The notes under the pieces are model-generated. The model was not told the origin of the DNA and ran no database searches. It was given only the letters and a program-made list of their open reading frames with translations. A DNA stretch of 64,000 bases from an uncultured Nitrososphaerales archaeon (GTDB taxonomy: Archaea; Thermoproteota; Nitrososphaeria; Nitrososphaerales; Nitrososphaeraceae): positions 32,001 to 96,000 of the forward strand of contig CAVPXM010000063.1 in NCBI GenBank assembly GCA_963709405.1, given 5' to 3'. A program made the position numbers and the translations under genes. Below are positions 31,719 through 43,013 of the stretch, in pieces (the stretch's first letter is position 1; each line of letters opens with the position of its first letter).

Positions 31719-32381
31719 TTATGAATTCCAAGTATTAAGGGAAACCGCCGCGAAAGTACCCCTCCATTTTGAAGCATATCGACTAGCATATGGCAAGTTC
31801 TTATTGCCATCCCAATAGGCAAAGACATATCGCCATTGCTTATTCAATCCCCGGCTTATTCCCACTCTTGATGAGCCAAGTATTACTGGAGGAGTAATTC
31901 CATTTTCAATATGAAGAGTCTCTGAAACTGTAACGTCTAGCCCATTAGACGTCAAATTAATATTTAATGCCTGTGTCAGGCGTCCTGGTCCACTGGCGAC
32001 TAAATATGGATTATCCGTCTTGCGGAATTTCATCATTGTGAATAGCCCTTCTAAAGGTTGAATTGCTCTAATGAGTACTGCTCCTGCGGAGCGATCAATT
32101 GAACGGGCTGTTACGTTGAAACAAAAATGATTACCATATGAAAGATATACATAGACCCTGCCAACTTCTCCAAACATTATTGAGTTTCTTTCTGTAGAAC
32201 CATTATATGCATGACTAGCTTCATCATTTGCAGAACCATATGCTTCGGTTTCAACAATTAATCCACTCAATATCTTCGGTGGCCTTGTCTTTTCAAGGAC
32301 TCGCACCAATTTCTTGCCTATTAATTTTTTAGCCACTTCTTCAGTTGGCTGAGTATAAAAGCTACGACTAAGACAGTCCAC
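31719..32381 (-). CDS. mpg: 3-methyladenine DNA glycosylase (MPG/AAG)
   Basis: IVETEAY, YVYLSYGNHFCFNV, AVLIRAIQP, GPGRLTQAL, RVGIS. Confidence 0.93.
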   Translation of the reverse strand: MDCLSRSFYTQPTEEVAKKLIGKKLVRVLEKTRPPKILSGLIVETEAYGSANDEASHAYNGSTERNSIMFGEVGRVYVYLSYGNHFCFNVTARSIDRSAGAVLIRAIQPLEGLFTMMKFRKTDNPYLVASGPGRLTQALNINLTSNGLDVTVSETLHIENGITPPVILGSSRVGISRGLNKQWRYVFAYWDGNKNLPYASRYASKWRGTFAAVSLNTWNS

Positions 32382-32522
32382 ATTTAATTGGGTCTGAAAA
32401 TCCTTTTAAGTTTTTTTGAAATACTTGCATTCAATAAGATCCACGTAGGGCATATGCCGATCTTATCGTCGCTCAACTTTGTAGCGGTTAACTAACAAAA
32501 ACTAAAAAATTACACATTAGTT

Positions 32523-33416
32523 CTAAACCCTCACAAAGTCTAGATATTTCTTATATCTTAATTCAATATCTTCCCGCGTAATACTCAATAGCTTCTTGAC
32601 ACCAAAGTCTTCGACAGCAAAAGAGCCCATGACATTCCCGTAAAGGACTGCCTCCTTCATAGTATCAATATCCATCATATTCCTTTCAGCTATATATCCC
32701 AAAAAACCCCCTGCAAACGAATCTCCAGCTCCAGTAGGATCTACAACCTCTTCTAAAGGATAGCCGGGGGTAGGGAATATCGTGTCGTCTTGTACAAAAA
32801 TAGAGCCGTGTTCTCCTTTCTTAATGATTATAAATCTTGTACCGAAAGATAAGATTATTTTTGCACATTTAACAAGATTCGATGTTCCGCAGAGCAATCG
32901 AGCCTCCTCATCATTTACGACAACGCCATTTACGCTACTCATCATATTTATTACTTGATCACGCTTATTTTGAATCCAGTATTCCATAGTATCACACATT
33001 GTCATCATAGGCGAAACAAAATTAGACAGCAATCGAACGTTCTGGACAGGATCGTTATTTGCGAGATAAAGGTGTTTGGGCTTTGGATAACTGGACGGTA
33101 AAACTGCATCAAAATTGGCAGCGACATTTAATTCTGTCTTATTTGTGGTCCTATGCGACAAATCATAATCGAAGGACGAGTCGTAATGAAATGTATTGCC
33201 TTCTTTTGTAACTAGACCACGCATATCTAACTTCGTTTGAAGAATGTTTCTGTATTCTGCCGGAAAATCTGATCCTACAACACCTATAAGTGATGTCTCG
33301 ACAAAATGACAAGCTGAAAGGGATGCGTATGTCGCCGCTCCTCCCAAAACTCTTGCTTCAGTTCTAAACGGGGTTCTCGTCGTATCTAATGCAACGCTTC
33401 CAAATACACTTAGCAC
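32523..33416 (-). CDS. PfkB-family carbohydrate kinase
   Basis: LGGAATY, KKGEHG, DPTGAGDSFAGG. Confidence 0.92.
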   Translation of the reverse strand: MLSVFGSVALDTTRTPFRTEARVLGGAATYASLSACHFVETSLIGVVGSDFPAEYRNILQTKLDMRGLVTKEGNTFHYDSSFDYDLSHRTTNKTELNVAANFDAVLPSSYPKPKHLYLANNDPVQNVRLLSNFVSPMMTMCDTMEYWIQNKRDQVINMMSSVNGVVVNDEEARLLCGTSNLVKCAKIILSFGTRFIIIKKGEHGSIFVQDDTIFPTPGYPLEEVVDPTGAGDSFAGGFLGYIAERNMMDIDTMKEAVLYGNVMGSFAVEDFGVKKLLSITREDIELRYKKYLDFVRV

Positions 33417-33495
33417 TCTTTATACCCATACACTTTAAAGAAAATTGAAATATAGGCACTGTTATATATTCTTTAGTAAATTTGTCGTTCAGCCT

Positions 33496-34077
33496 ATGAG
33501 ATTAATAGTCGCGATTACCGGTAGTTCGGGAGTCATCTACGGCATAAGAATGCTAGAATGTCTCAAGGTCCTAAATATTGAGACTCACCTCGTCATGAGC
33601 GAATGGGGAGAGAAAAACATTGAGATAGAGACCGAGTGGAGTGTGAACCATGTGAGGGATTTAGCTAATGTATGCTATGATAGAAAGAATATGGCGGCCT
33701 CCATATCGAGTGGGTCGTTCAGGACCGATGGCATGGGAATCGTACCATGCAGTATGAAGACATTATCTAGTATCGCCAACGGCTACGATGACAACCTAAT
33801 ATCGCGAGCAGCGAGTGTTTGCATTAAGGAATCACGAAAGTTGGTAATAGTTCCAAGGGAAACACCCCTATCTAAAATTCATATAGAGAATATGAGAACA
33901 CTAGTCGGTGTTGGAGTCACTATCTTGCCTGCTGCACCTGGATTTTATCAAAAACCTAAGAGTATAGATGATATGATAAACCATATTGTTGGAAAAGTTT
34001 TGGATCAGTTCTCTATAAGTCATGATATATTTCGACGCTGGTCAGGCGAGATGATTAATGGCAATAAGACAAGTTGA
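33496..34077 (+). CDS. ubiX: Flavin prenyltransferase
   Basis: AITGSSG, ISSGSF, PCSMKT, RETPL, PGFY. Confidence 0.93.
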   Translation: MRLIVAITGSSGVIYGIRMLECLKVLNIETHLVMSEWGEKNIEIETEWSVNHVRDLANVCYDRKNMAASISSGSFRTDGMGIVPCSMKTLSSIANGYDDNLISRAASVCIKESRKLVIVPRETPLSKIHIENMRTLVGVGVTILPAAPGFYQKPKSIDDMINHIVGKVLDQFSISHDIFRRWSGEMINGNKTS

Positions 34078-34555
34078 CTTGTCCTATTCAGTCTGAGCTC
34101 GTTGTGCTTGACATTCAGGTGAGGCAACGGACTTAAGTCAAGACCATAGTGCAATCAAATTCTAAAACTTTGGTTTTAGTCTGATTCCAATTGCAATATT
34201 CGGTACATGACTATTTTAGGACTCGATTTCGTATCTACAACCCTAATGTCAATCTATTCGTCTGCCTTAGATATTCCATATAGAAATTAGATACCACATT
34301 TTGATTATGAAATTATGCGTAAAAAATACTCTAGGAATAGCAGGAATACATCCCTACATCAAGATTTCCTTCTAATCATATTGTCGTTATTATTTATGAG
34401 CACAACCAAGGATACCGTATAGCACTTCCCAAAACTAAAATTAATAATGAAATTTGCTGGAGTAGGCGTGGATTTCATGCTATCTCTCGCACCCAAACTG
34501 ATTAGGTAAGTCCTTCTATCCTTGAGCCGTATTTCAGTGTAGCTTTTAGAGCAGA

Positions 34556-35137
34556 TCACTCTACGTCTCGTTTCAAATTATTATCTTCCCACAAGTACAA
34601 TTTCGATATTTTAGCTCGTCTCCTCTTTTCTTGAAGCAAGTTGTAGACTGTTTTGTGCGAGCTTCCCTTAACAAGGTGAAGGACGGCATCTGTCGCAAGT
34701 TTGATATCTTCAAAATTGCCTATTATACTTACGGTATGTCCATATATTGAAATATTCGTCCCAGTTAGCTCTTCAATCGTCTTCCGCGATTTGCCACCCT
34801 CTCCAATAATTCTTCCTTTTAATCTTGCCATGTCGTTAGATGATCGACCTACATAATCGTTCAGATCAATAATTTGAAGGTTAATTTCTTCCCTCAATAG
34901 TCTGTAGGCGCGTTGGGGAGAAAATCCTCTCGAAATAGCAGAGATTATATCCACTGCCTTAAAAGCTTGGTCCAATGGGGCCGAATCGTGCGGCGACACA
35001 ACTACACTACCGCTCTCACTATCAATCTGAATCAGAACTTTGCATTTATCCTCTATGTCATCTTTTACCTTACCCTCCTTGCCTATTATAACACCGATTC
35101 GGTCACCGGGGACTTTTACTACTTGATGAAAGCTCAC
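34556..35137 (-). CDS. KH-domain ribosome biogenesis protein (Pno1/Dim2)
   Basis: RIGVIIGKEG, GRIIGEGGKSR, GSSHKTVY. Confidence 0.9.
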   Translation of the reverse strand: MSFHQVVKVPGDRIGVIIGKEGKVKDDIEDKCKVLIQIDSESGSVVVSPHDSAPLDQAFKAVDIISAISRGFSPQRAYRLLREEINLQIIDLNDYVGRSSNDMARLKGRIIGEGGKSRKTIEELTGTNISIYGHTVSIIGNFEDIKLATDAVLHLVKGSSHKTVYNLLQEKRRRAKISKLYLWEDNNLKRDVE

Positions 35138-35276
35138 GTCTACTCTCCGTCCTCCAGGTAGTAACTAGAAGTGTACAACGTTCCAAGATCTCCAATTCGA
35201 TAGTCCGGTCATTATATAAGTATATTGGCATTCAAAATTCAACTAAATTAGAGAATAAGAGCACAGTAGGAATTTA

Positions 35277-35615
35277 TTAACCGGTTGAGTGTTGGAACTT
35301 GAATATCATTAAAAAAGGTACTCCCTGAATATTTTTGACCGTTATTTGCTTTGCCAATTTCATGTCTATAGCCAAGTTTATTATCCTATTTCCAACCAAG
35401 TTAAGTATAGATGATGATTTCAAGATATTCTTCGCTTCTGACTGACTAATAAGCTCCTCGAGGAAATATTCTCGAGTTAGACTTATTATGTGATCTCCAC
35501 TCCTAACCTGTCTCCCGACTAGCTCAAAGTCGCATATGTTTGCGATAACTGACCTTTCATATCTTATAGTTCTCAGTGCATACTTGTAGTTCAAGCGTTC
35601 ATCAGGCTCGAACAA
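35277..35615 (-). CDS. DUF424 family protein
   Basis: ANICD.ELVG and ILNLVGNRII patterns. Confidence 0.8.
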   Translation of the reverse strand: MFEPDERLNYKYALRTIRYERSVIANICDFELVGRQVRSGDHIISLTREYFLEELISQSEAKNILKSSSILNLVGNRIINLAIDMKLAKQITVKNIQGVPFLMIFKFQHSTG

Positions 35616-35857
35616 ATTTAGAAGACTCCATTCGTGCTTAATTAATTAATTGTACGAATCTTATTTATGGTTGCTGATATATAGATTTATGAGGTTCTTG
35701 GAAATACACTAATACCTGCGTGGATTACTTGGATTACCTCAAGTTCCTTGCCAAGTTGTTAACGGCAACAAGTCCTCTCGTCTGTACAATCTTACCGGTA
35801 TATTTTGAGATTAATTAATTAATTGGTAGAGTACTCTCAGAATGTACGCCATCGGCA

Positions 35858-37033
35858 ATGTCAAGAACGTATAAGGCAGATGATGAAGTGAAAATGGATT
35901 TCAGTCGAGACATGGCATCAAAGTCTCCACTTATTCATAATAGGATTCTAGTTCTGTGCATAGATCGTGATGACGACATCGGTTCCAAAGGAGGAGTGAA
36001 GACTCCCATAATTGGAAAGGAATCTTGTATAGATGCTGGTATTAGATTAGCTTTAGAAGACCCTGAAGATGCTGATGCTAACGCCATATTTGGGGCTATA
36101 AAGATGCATCAAGATCTCTTGGCAAAAGGATATGACACGGAAGTGGCCGTGGTGGCAGGCAAAATAAACCGAGGAGTAGAAGCAGATGAAAAAATAGGAT
36201 TTGAGATACAAACTGTCCTGGATAATTACGCCGCAGATGGGGCAGTTCTAGTGTCCGATGGAGAGGATGATGAGACGATAATACCCGTAATTCGTACTAT
36301 ACTACCCATTATTTCGGTACAGCGCGTAATAATTCGACATAGCCGCAGCGTAGAGTACTCTTACGCCATCTTGGGGAGGTACATCAAGATGCTTGTTTAT
36401 GATCCACGATACTCAAAATTCTTTTTAGGAGTACCCGGAGCACTCCTATTAGTATCTGGAATAGCTACGATTTTTGGGTTGACTAGGGAAGCGGTGGCTC
36501 TTGTTTTAAGTATGCTCGGTATCGCCTTCATTATAAGAGCTTTTGATCTAGATAAGGCAATTAGTTCTCTGGGAAGACCTACACCATCTGGATTCATTAG
36601 AATCTTTTCGACCTTCGCGGGAGTTTTGATCATCGTAGTCTCCATAGTAAATGGATTTTCAAATATCCCTGTCGATATTATCTCGCAACATGCCAGCTTG
36701 CTTAGTATCGTAACTAACAGAGTAATCATAGGTAGTTTTATGCATGGGACGATAACCTTACTATGGATAGGATTAGCAACGATATTGGCGGGTTCCTTGC
36801 TAAGTAACTGGTTCAAGGGAAGTATCGGAACTATGTCTGACATTCTGAGATTAGTTGTTTTGGCGTTGCTCTATATTCCCATCTTGCAGTTTACTTCTGT
36901 ACTGATCGAAAGGACTAATCCTTTTTCATTGATATCGTCCCTCCTAATTGGGCTGGCGATAACTCTAATAGCTGCCACTTTCTTGTTCCAATATTTTAGA
37001 AATAGAAAGGGTGGGGAGGCACTCAAGCATTGA
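35858..37033 (+). CDS. DUF373 family membrane protein
   Basis: LVLCIDRDDDIG, DPEDADAN, VSDGEDDE, followed by TM helices. Confidence 0.88.
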   Translation: MSRTYKADDEVKMDFSRDMASKSPLIHNRILVLCIDRDDDIGSKGGVKTPIIGKESCIDAGIRLALEDPEDADANAIFGAIKMHQDLLAKGYDTEVAVVAGKINRGVEADEKIGFEIQTVLDNYAADGAVLVSDGEDDETIIPVIRTILPIISVQRVIIRHSRSVEYSYAILGRYIKMLVYDPRYSKFFLGVPGALLLVSGIATIFGLTREAVALVLSMLGIAFIIRAFDLDKAISSLGRPTPSGFIRIFSTFAGVLIIVVSIVNGFSNIPVDIISQHASLLSIVTNRVIIGSFMHGTITLLWIGLATILAGSLLSNWFKGSIGTMSDILRLVVLALLYIPILQFTSVLIERTNPFSLISSLLIGLAITLIAATFLFQYFRNRKGGEALKH

Positions 37034-37107
37034 CAGTATTATGTATTGTTTTTGACCGATGCTAAAGAAAATGAAAATTGTCACAAATGGATCCGGGGAA
37101 TTGATAG

Positions 37108-37923
37108 ATGAGCATATCCGATATCGCAAATAGGAGGGCAATTGCCGACGTCATATTCAAACGCAGTGGCCTTTATATCCTATACGAACGACACTTAGAA
37201 TCAGAGATTAGTAAGCACCCTCTCCCCAACCATATTGCTATCATATTAGATGGTAACAGAAGGTGGGCACGGACGAACCTAATACGCGAGTCGACCGGCC
37301 ATTTCGTTGGGGCAGATAAGGCGGAAGAGTTGCTGAACTGGATACACGAGCTAAAGATAAAGATTACAACTCTTTATGTATTGTCAAACGAAAATCTCGA
37401 TCGAGATGAGGAGGAAGTTGATAATATCTATAAGCTTCTGCAGATAAAATTAGACAAGCTGTACGCAGATTCCAGAATACATCGTTTACAAATGAGAATA
37501 AAGGCAATCGGAAATCTTTCGATCCTTCCGATAGGATTACAGGAAATCCTCTGCAAATTGGAGAAGGTGACTGTAAAATACAACAGCATGTTCTTGAATA
37601 TTGCTATCGCTTATGGAGGACAGAAAGAAATCGTTGAAGCAATAAAGAAGATCGCTTTTATGGCAAAATGCGGGGAGCTGGATATAGAGAAGATTGATGA
37701 AAAGCTTATAGAATCGTGCCTATATACATCACATTTACCGCAGCCTGAGCCCGATTTAATATTGCGTACGTCTGGCGAAAAGAGGTTAAGTGGATTCCTA
37801 GTATGGCAGAGCGCCTATAGCGAATTGGTATTTATGGATGTCTTTTGGCCTGAATTTAGAAAAATAGACCTTATGAGAGCGATTAGAACTTATCAGCGTA
37901 GAATACGCAAATACGGCAAATAG
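37108..37923 (+). CDS. uppS: cis-prenyltransferase (polyprenyl diphosphate synthase)
   Basis: HIAIILDGNRRWA, AIAYGG, RTSGEKRLSGFLVWQ, WPEF. Confidence 0.95.
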   Translation: MSISDIANRRAIADVIFKRSGLYILYERHLESEISKHPLPNHIAIILDGNRRWARTNLIRESTGHFVGADKAEELLNWIHELKIKITTLYVLSNENLDRDEEEVDNIYKLLQIKLDKLYADSRIHRLQMRIKAIGNLSILPIGLQEILCKLEKVTVKYNSMFLNIAIAYGGQKEIVEAIKKIAFMAKCGELDIEKIDEKLIESCLYTSHLPQPEPDLILRTSGEKRLSGFLVWQSAYSELVFMDVFWPEFRKIDLMRAIRTYQRRIRKYGK

Positions 37924-38169
37924 TCTAGTTTTACGAGATTTGATTCTATTCACGATCACAAGTCCAATCCATGTTTGTGTTACATTGAAATAGATTGTCA
38001 CAAACGTGGCGTCAGCCTACTGTCAGCGTCTTACGAAATTTCATAACATCTGATCTTGGTAAAGGTATGAACATGATCCTGGTCGAGGGTATACTCAAAT
38101 AGCGGCCCAAGTCGTTGCTTTGCGGCAGATATCAAATCCCATCTGCTCACAACCCAATAAGTATCTAAT

Positions 38170-38937
38170 TTAGCCTTTTTTAATAGTGTTTGTCTGTTCT
38201 TTAAAGAGTCTAGCAGTTTTCAGAGGGTCCTTCGACTGAATTATCGATCTTCCGACTATAAAATAGTCTGTCCCTGATCTTGCAGCTTCATTCGGATCTC
38301 CACCTTGGAGTCCTAGACCAGGAGAGTAAATAGGCGATTTTTTTTCTCGGGAAATACTATTTATGACATCTATTCTTGTTCCTCCGACGATTATGCCATC
38401 AACGTCACACCCATTAGAGTATTCCAGTAATCTCATATACAATGGAGATGCTTGACTTGAAGTCTCAATATCGTTTATAACACTAAGGCCAAAGCCTTCT
38501 CTTGCACCGACATGACTCATATAGACTAGAGAAATTACACCAAAGTTATAATCATGCGAAAGTCCAACAGCTTTACTTAGTTCGTTCATCCCAATGATCG
38601 GATTGACGATAACTGCATCAAAACCCATATTGACAAGATGGTTTATGGCAATCTGATTTGTAGATGAAATGTCGTTCAATTTCAAATCCGCGATCGATTG
38701 CAGACCACAAGAATGGACAGTATTGTTTACATTCAACATATCCTGCAAGGAGAGTGGTAAAATGACATGGAAGTTGAACTTTATGGCACAAACCTCTTCT
38801 CGGAGTAGACATATCTTGTCATTGAGGTAATCTATCAGACTACTACAATTTATTGGATCTAACGCCAGGATAATTCGGCTATTTTTGCGATCTGAACAAT
38901 ATTCCATTCTTTCTCGATAGCAGGTTATTCTACCCAT
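38170..38937 (-). CDS. pyrF: Orotidine 5'-phosphate decarboxylase
   Basis: IILALD, IADLKLNDI, SPGLGLQGG, IVGRSI. Confidence 0.9.
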   Translation of the reverse strand: MGRITCYRERMEYCSDRKNSRIILALDPINCSSLIDYLNDKICLLREEVCAIKFNFHVILPLSLQDMLNVNNTVHSCGLQSIADLKLNDISSTNQIAINHLVNMGFDAVIVNPIIGMNELSKAVGLSHDYNFGVISLVYMSHVGAREGFGLSVINDIETSSQASPLYMRLLEYSNGCDVDGIIVGGTRIDVINSISREKKSPIYSPGLGLQGGDPNEAARSGTDYFIVGRSIIQSKDPLKTARLFKEQTNTIKKG

Positions 38938-39616
38938 CTAAATTCACCAAAGGATGAGTCGACGCTAATTTTATCACTTTGAGGTAAATGCATCCATGTT
39001 CGTCTAACTTGCTAGAAAATGAAGGATGTTCAGTCTTTTGACTAGAATACTTTACAAAAGGATTGGGTGGAAGATAATCAAGAAGGACATAATAGAAACA
39101 GTAGAAATCATCGGTCTCACTCAAACTGGTGGCGGCTCCGATTACAATCTCCTTACTTTTTTTGTGTTCAAAGAGAAGCAAAGGAAGTGGAGGCTCATCA
39201 TAAGCAGACTTGTACGCACAGACTTTGACAAGGCTAGTCAAGTCCTTTAATTTAATCCCCGTGTATCCCGACCTTGGCTTAGTCCTAGTATTTCTTCTTA
39301 AGGGCAACGGAAATTCATCGACGTTTATTATTGGTGAATAACCAAAACTCGGATTGCTTACGTAGTCCACCACTGCAACTTCTTCCAGCCCGCCATTAAT
39401 TCTATATGCTAAATATTCTCCTCCCTTATTATTTTTATCATGTACGAAGAACATTATTGGTCTTCCGAACATGAAGTCAGTTTGTACTGCATACACGCGC
39501 TCGCTATTCATATTTAGAGATAAAGACAGTAGCGGCACGTGCTCCAAAGCACAAACAAATCTTCCAAAATCGTTAAGGCTTGACAATTCTATATAATATG
39601 GAGATTTAGTACGCAA
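38930..39616 (-). CDS. Hypothetical protein
   Basis: 228-aa ORF with internal repeat-like halves, overlapping the pyrF start. Confidence 0.75.
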   Translation of the reverse strand: MRTKSPYYIELSSLNDFGRFVCALEHVPLLSLSLNMNSERVYAVQTDFMFGRPIMFFVHDKNNKGGEYLAYRINGGLEEVAVVDYVSNPSFGYSPIINVDEFPLPLRRNTRTKPRSGYTGIKLKDLTSLVKVCAYKSAYDEPPLPLLLFEHKKSKEIVIGAATSLSETDDFYCFYYVLLDYLPPNPFVKYSSQKTEHPSFSSKLDEHGCIYLKVIKLASTHPLVNLDG

Positions 39617-40041
39617 CTGACTACTATTTTTAATTGCTTCGATATTAATGTCCTTTGATAGTAGCTTTCAAGACGGCCTTCAATCAGGTGGTGTTGCTCC
39701 TGATATACTAATATACATAAGGTTTGGAACGTAATTAGAATTTACTGAAGTTTCGGTCCAGCCCGACATTCCTGGGTTAATAGGGATTCTTTCAATCGAC
39801 TGCACTAATTATATCCATATCTCAGTTAGGTCGAATATCCTTATTGTCTTAATAATGCACTATTTGGTTAATATCTCTAGAATGGCAATCATGTTTATTT
39901 CAATCCAGTTTGAATAGGTGGGACTGTTCTTTGAGGAGATGGCTCTCATCAGATAGCTATGCCCACGAAAATAACTAACTTCAATTACTAACTACAAGAA
40001 CGATTACAAAATGGCCATTTATATTTTTTACAATTCTACGA

Positions 40042-41052
40042 TTATTTTTGAGGTCTCCTATCGATTACCTCTGTCAGGTCCTCGCCAGTTCCTATTATAG
40101 TAACAGGCTTACGAGTTTCAATCTCAATATTTTCTATGAATTGTTTAGCTTTTTCTGGCAATTTTGCAAAATCCTTCATTCCAGCACACTCAGGAAATAC
40201 AATATCAAGTTTTGTCACTGCCAATTGACTGGCACTATTCAATTTAATCGCTTTTTTTGCCAGATTAATATCAAATGGAGCCGCTCTCCTTAGTCTACCA
40301 GTTACACTCCCATATTCCTGCCAACCTCTGCTTTCTGTCTGCTCTGAAGTAAACTCATCATTTAATGGTCCTTTACCTACTCTGGTTACATAGGATTTAA
40401 AAACGATCAATACTTCATCGACGCTTTTGGGACCAATGCCTACATCTGAGCAAACAGCAGAGGCCGTTACGTCCTTGGAAGTGACATAGGGATAATCTCC
40501 ATGATACAGAGAAAGGTATGTTCCTTGAGTACCTTCTGCTAGAATATTTTCGTTGTTTTCCAAAGCTCTAATAACCGCATCACTCACATCTTCTAGATAT
40601 ATCGCGAGCTCAGGAATTTCCTTTGCGATTCTTGCTGTCCTGAGTGCCCTATCCGCGTTCGCCGGACCGGTACCTGTTCCTGTTGTTCCCACCTTTTCCA
40701 CAAGATGGTTAAGAGAGCTGTCCTTCTCGATGTGTTTTTTTTCGATAATCGCACAGTTTCGGTCAACAAATGTTCTGTCCTGGGAATTAAACGCTTTGAT
40801 TTCAGATTGTAAGACCGTTGGATCAATAAGAACACCCGGACCAATAAGCAACCTTGTAGAGGGGTTCAAAACCGCACTTGGAAGCATTCTAACCTTATAT
40901 TTTATTCCATCGAGTGCAAACGTGTGTCCAGCATTTGGCCCCACACCGCCCCTAACCGCAATTGATATTTTGTCTTTTTGAGCTAAATATGCTATGAGTT
41001 TTCCTTTACCTTCGTCACCGTAAAATCCCCCAACTACCACGGTACATGTCAT
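40042..41052 (-). CDS. purA: Adenylosuccinate synthetase (short archaeal type)
   Basis: GDEGKGK, GPNAGHT, EGTQG, YVTRVG, TGRLRR, TKLD. Confidence 0.96.
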   Translation of the reverse strand: MTCTVVVGGFYGDEGKGKLIAYLAQKDKISIAVRGGVGPNAGHTFALDGIKYKVRMLPSAVLNPSTRLLIGPGVLIDPTVLQSEIKAFNSQDRTFVDRNCAIIEKKHIEKDSSLNHLVEKVGTTGTGTGPANADRALRTARIAKEIPELAIYLEDVSDAVIRALENNENILAEGTQGTYLSLYHGDYPYVTSKDVTASAVCSDVGIGPKSVDEVLIVFKSYVTRVGKGPLNDEFTSEQTESRGWQEYGSVTGRLRRAAPFDINLAKKAIKLNSASQLAVTKLDIVFPECAGMKDFAKLPEKAKQFIENIEIETRKPVTIIGTGEDLTEVIDRRPQK

Positions 41053-41144
41053 ATGTCCCTCTCCTTATCTTCTATATTTAAGTCTGATATCCTAATCGAG
41101 TTAAAAGTACGTTCTTATATACTGGACATTATTTTCGTAATTCT

Positions 41145-41615
41145 GTGGAAATGGATCACTCATTGTCAGCAGATATTCTTAGCATTCTATCCAATCTTCC
41201 AAAACATTTAAGAAAATCCATCGTTCTGAAAAAGATTGATGAATTCGCTTCAATGAGCGATGAACAAAAAATGGAAACTATTGATTCTGTATTAATAGGG
41301 TATCGGAAACTAAAGAAGAAAAAGTTAACTCCGTTGCTAACGACCTGCTTCGAAATAATTTCAACCCTCGATAGCCGAATGATCGTTCATATGTTTAGCA
41401 TTTACTTCGAAACGTACCTGCTAAATCCAGAACTCATCCTGTTACTGGATCTTCAACCCATAGTTGAGGCATTAGAAGCCCTCAGCGCTGGTCAGAAACG
41501 GTTAATATTCGACTGCTATTTTGAGGCCTTGCTATTGCACCACAAAAGAGAGATATTAAAATCGACGATCCCAAACTTTGCTATTCAAACACTCGACTCG
41601 AATCCTAGGAATTGA
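41145..41615 (+). CDS. Hypothetical helical protein
   Basis: 156-aa ORF divergent from purA. Confidence 0.65.
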   Translation: MEMDHSLSADILSILSNLPKHLRKSIVLKKIDEFASMSDEQKMETIDSVLIGYRKLKKKKLTPLLTTCFEIISTLDSRMIVHMFSIYFETYLLNPELILLLDLQPIVEALEALSAGQKRLIFDCYFEALLLHHKREILKSTIPNFAIQTLDSNPRN

Positions 41616-41634
41616 TATTAACAAGTCTCAAGGT

Positions 41635-41889
41635 TTAAGGTTTTTGATCAGGGTTCTTCTGAAATTCTCCTTCAGGTTTTTCTAATCCAAAGAACATCCT
41701 TTCATATTTTCTTAACGCCCGTCTGTGCTCTGGCATTGACATATCCAACCTCATTTCATTCATAACCATTACGGCATATTTTTTCCATTCGTTCCAACAT
41801 TCGAGACAGGAAGGAAACTTCTCAGCAGCAGGATCGTCAATCTCCTTTTCATCAAAAATCTTAGTACATTTAAGGCATGTTTTTGTCAT
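41635..41889 (-). CDS. Fe(II)-trafficking (YggX-like) protein
   Basis: CLECWNEW...MVMNEMRLDMS pattern. Confidence 0.8.
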   Translation of the reverse strand: MTKTCLKCTKIFDEKEIDDPAAEKFPSCLECWNEWKKYAVMVMNEMRLDMSMPEHRRALRKYERMFFGLEKPEGEFQKNPDQKP

Positions 41890-42184
41890 TTATTTCATCA
41901 TCATCGTTTGGATATTTTATCCTTTATCACCCTATTGTTCGATAACTGAATTTTTATTTTACTAACTGGACGAATATTAATACTAATCAGTTAGCCAGAA
42001 TTGTGGATTTCCAAATAGTTATCTCTTTTATTTGCCTTATTGAACACATTGCATTTCAGTACGTGACCAGTATGATTTTGTGAGCCAATAATAAGGAAAA
42101 ATTGTATTTGTAGACGGTGTCGATTTTTTGATACACATCATAACAAAAAGGATTACATAATAGTTTATGCTAAAATACTTAATT

Positions 42185-42529
42185 ATGAAGAAGATCGAAG
42201 CAGTTGTTCCCCATTCGAGGTTAGACCTCGTACTTTCGGCCTTGAAGCAGTTAGATCTTGGCGGAGTTACATATTATGAATCCAAGGGAAGGGGACAGAT
42301 GCCAAGGCCCAAAATACAATCAAGTAGAGGCACGTCAACCTATATTCCTGAGTTCAATGTAAATTCAACGATCGTTATTGTAATAAAGGACTCGGCCTTA
42401 CAACACGTGGTAGATACCATAACAAATAGTGCTAGTACTGGCTTAGCTGGTGAGGGCAAAATATTCATATCAGATATTGAAGAGGTAGTCGATATTGGCT
42501 CCAAAAAAAGGGGAGAATACCAAATATAG
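42185..42529 (+). CDS. glnB: P-II nitrogen regulatory protein
   Basis: MKKIEAVV, KGRG, ASTG..GEGKIFIS. Confidence 0.9.
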   Translation: MKKIEAVVPHSRLDLVLSALKQLDLGGVTYYESKGRGQMPRPKIQSSRGTSTYIPEFNVNSTIVIVIKDSALQHVVDTITNSASTGLAGEGKIFISDIEEVVDIGSKKRGEYQI

Positions 42530-43013
42530 GATTCTACTGGATAGTACGTTCTGGCAAATCAATATTGCTCATTAAGGAGCAATTTAACTTTTCTTAAGTC
42601 GGAAACGAAATCGTTTGGATTAAGAATATAATTCATATGTACTCACCGGTCCCAAATTCCAGAGAATGTAAATTATAGCTGTCTCAATTCTAGTCCATTA
42701 AAAACCAAAAAAAGTCCAGATTAACGGCCTAAAAAGTTATGTCTCATCAAGGCTCTTTATTAATTCATCTATGGCCTGCTCATAGCTAGTCATACCCCTC
42801 GTCGTAGCGTATTCCTTTATTATACTTAATTTATCTGAAGCAAAACATACTGGAATAGTTCTATCTTGAGCACTTTTCATTATAACTCAATATTTGCTGT
42901 GCGCTATATATGTTTCTTTTTCTGTGGAACTGAGGGTTTTTCGTCAAGGTGTGCAATGTGTAACTAAAACATTCGCTAACCGATACCGCTTTGCAGACTT
43001 GATCAAAATTCAT

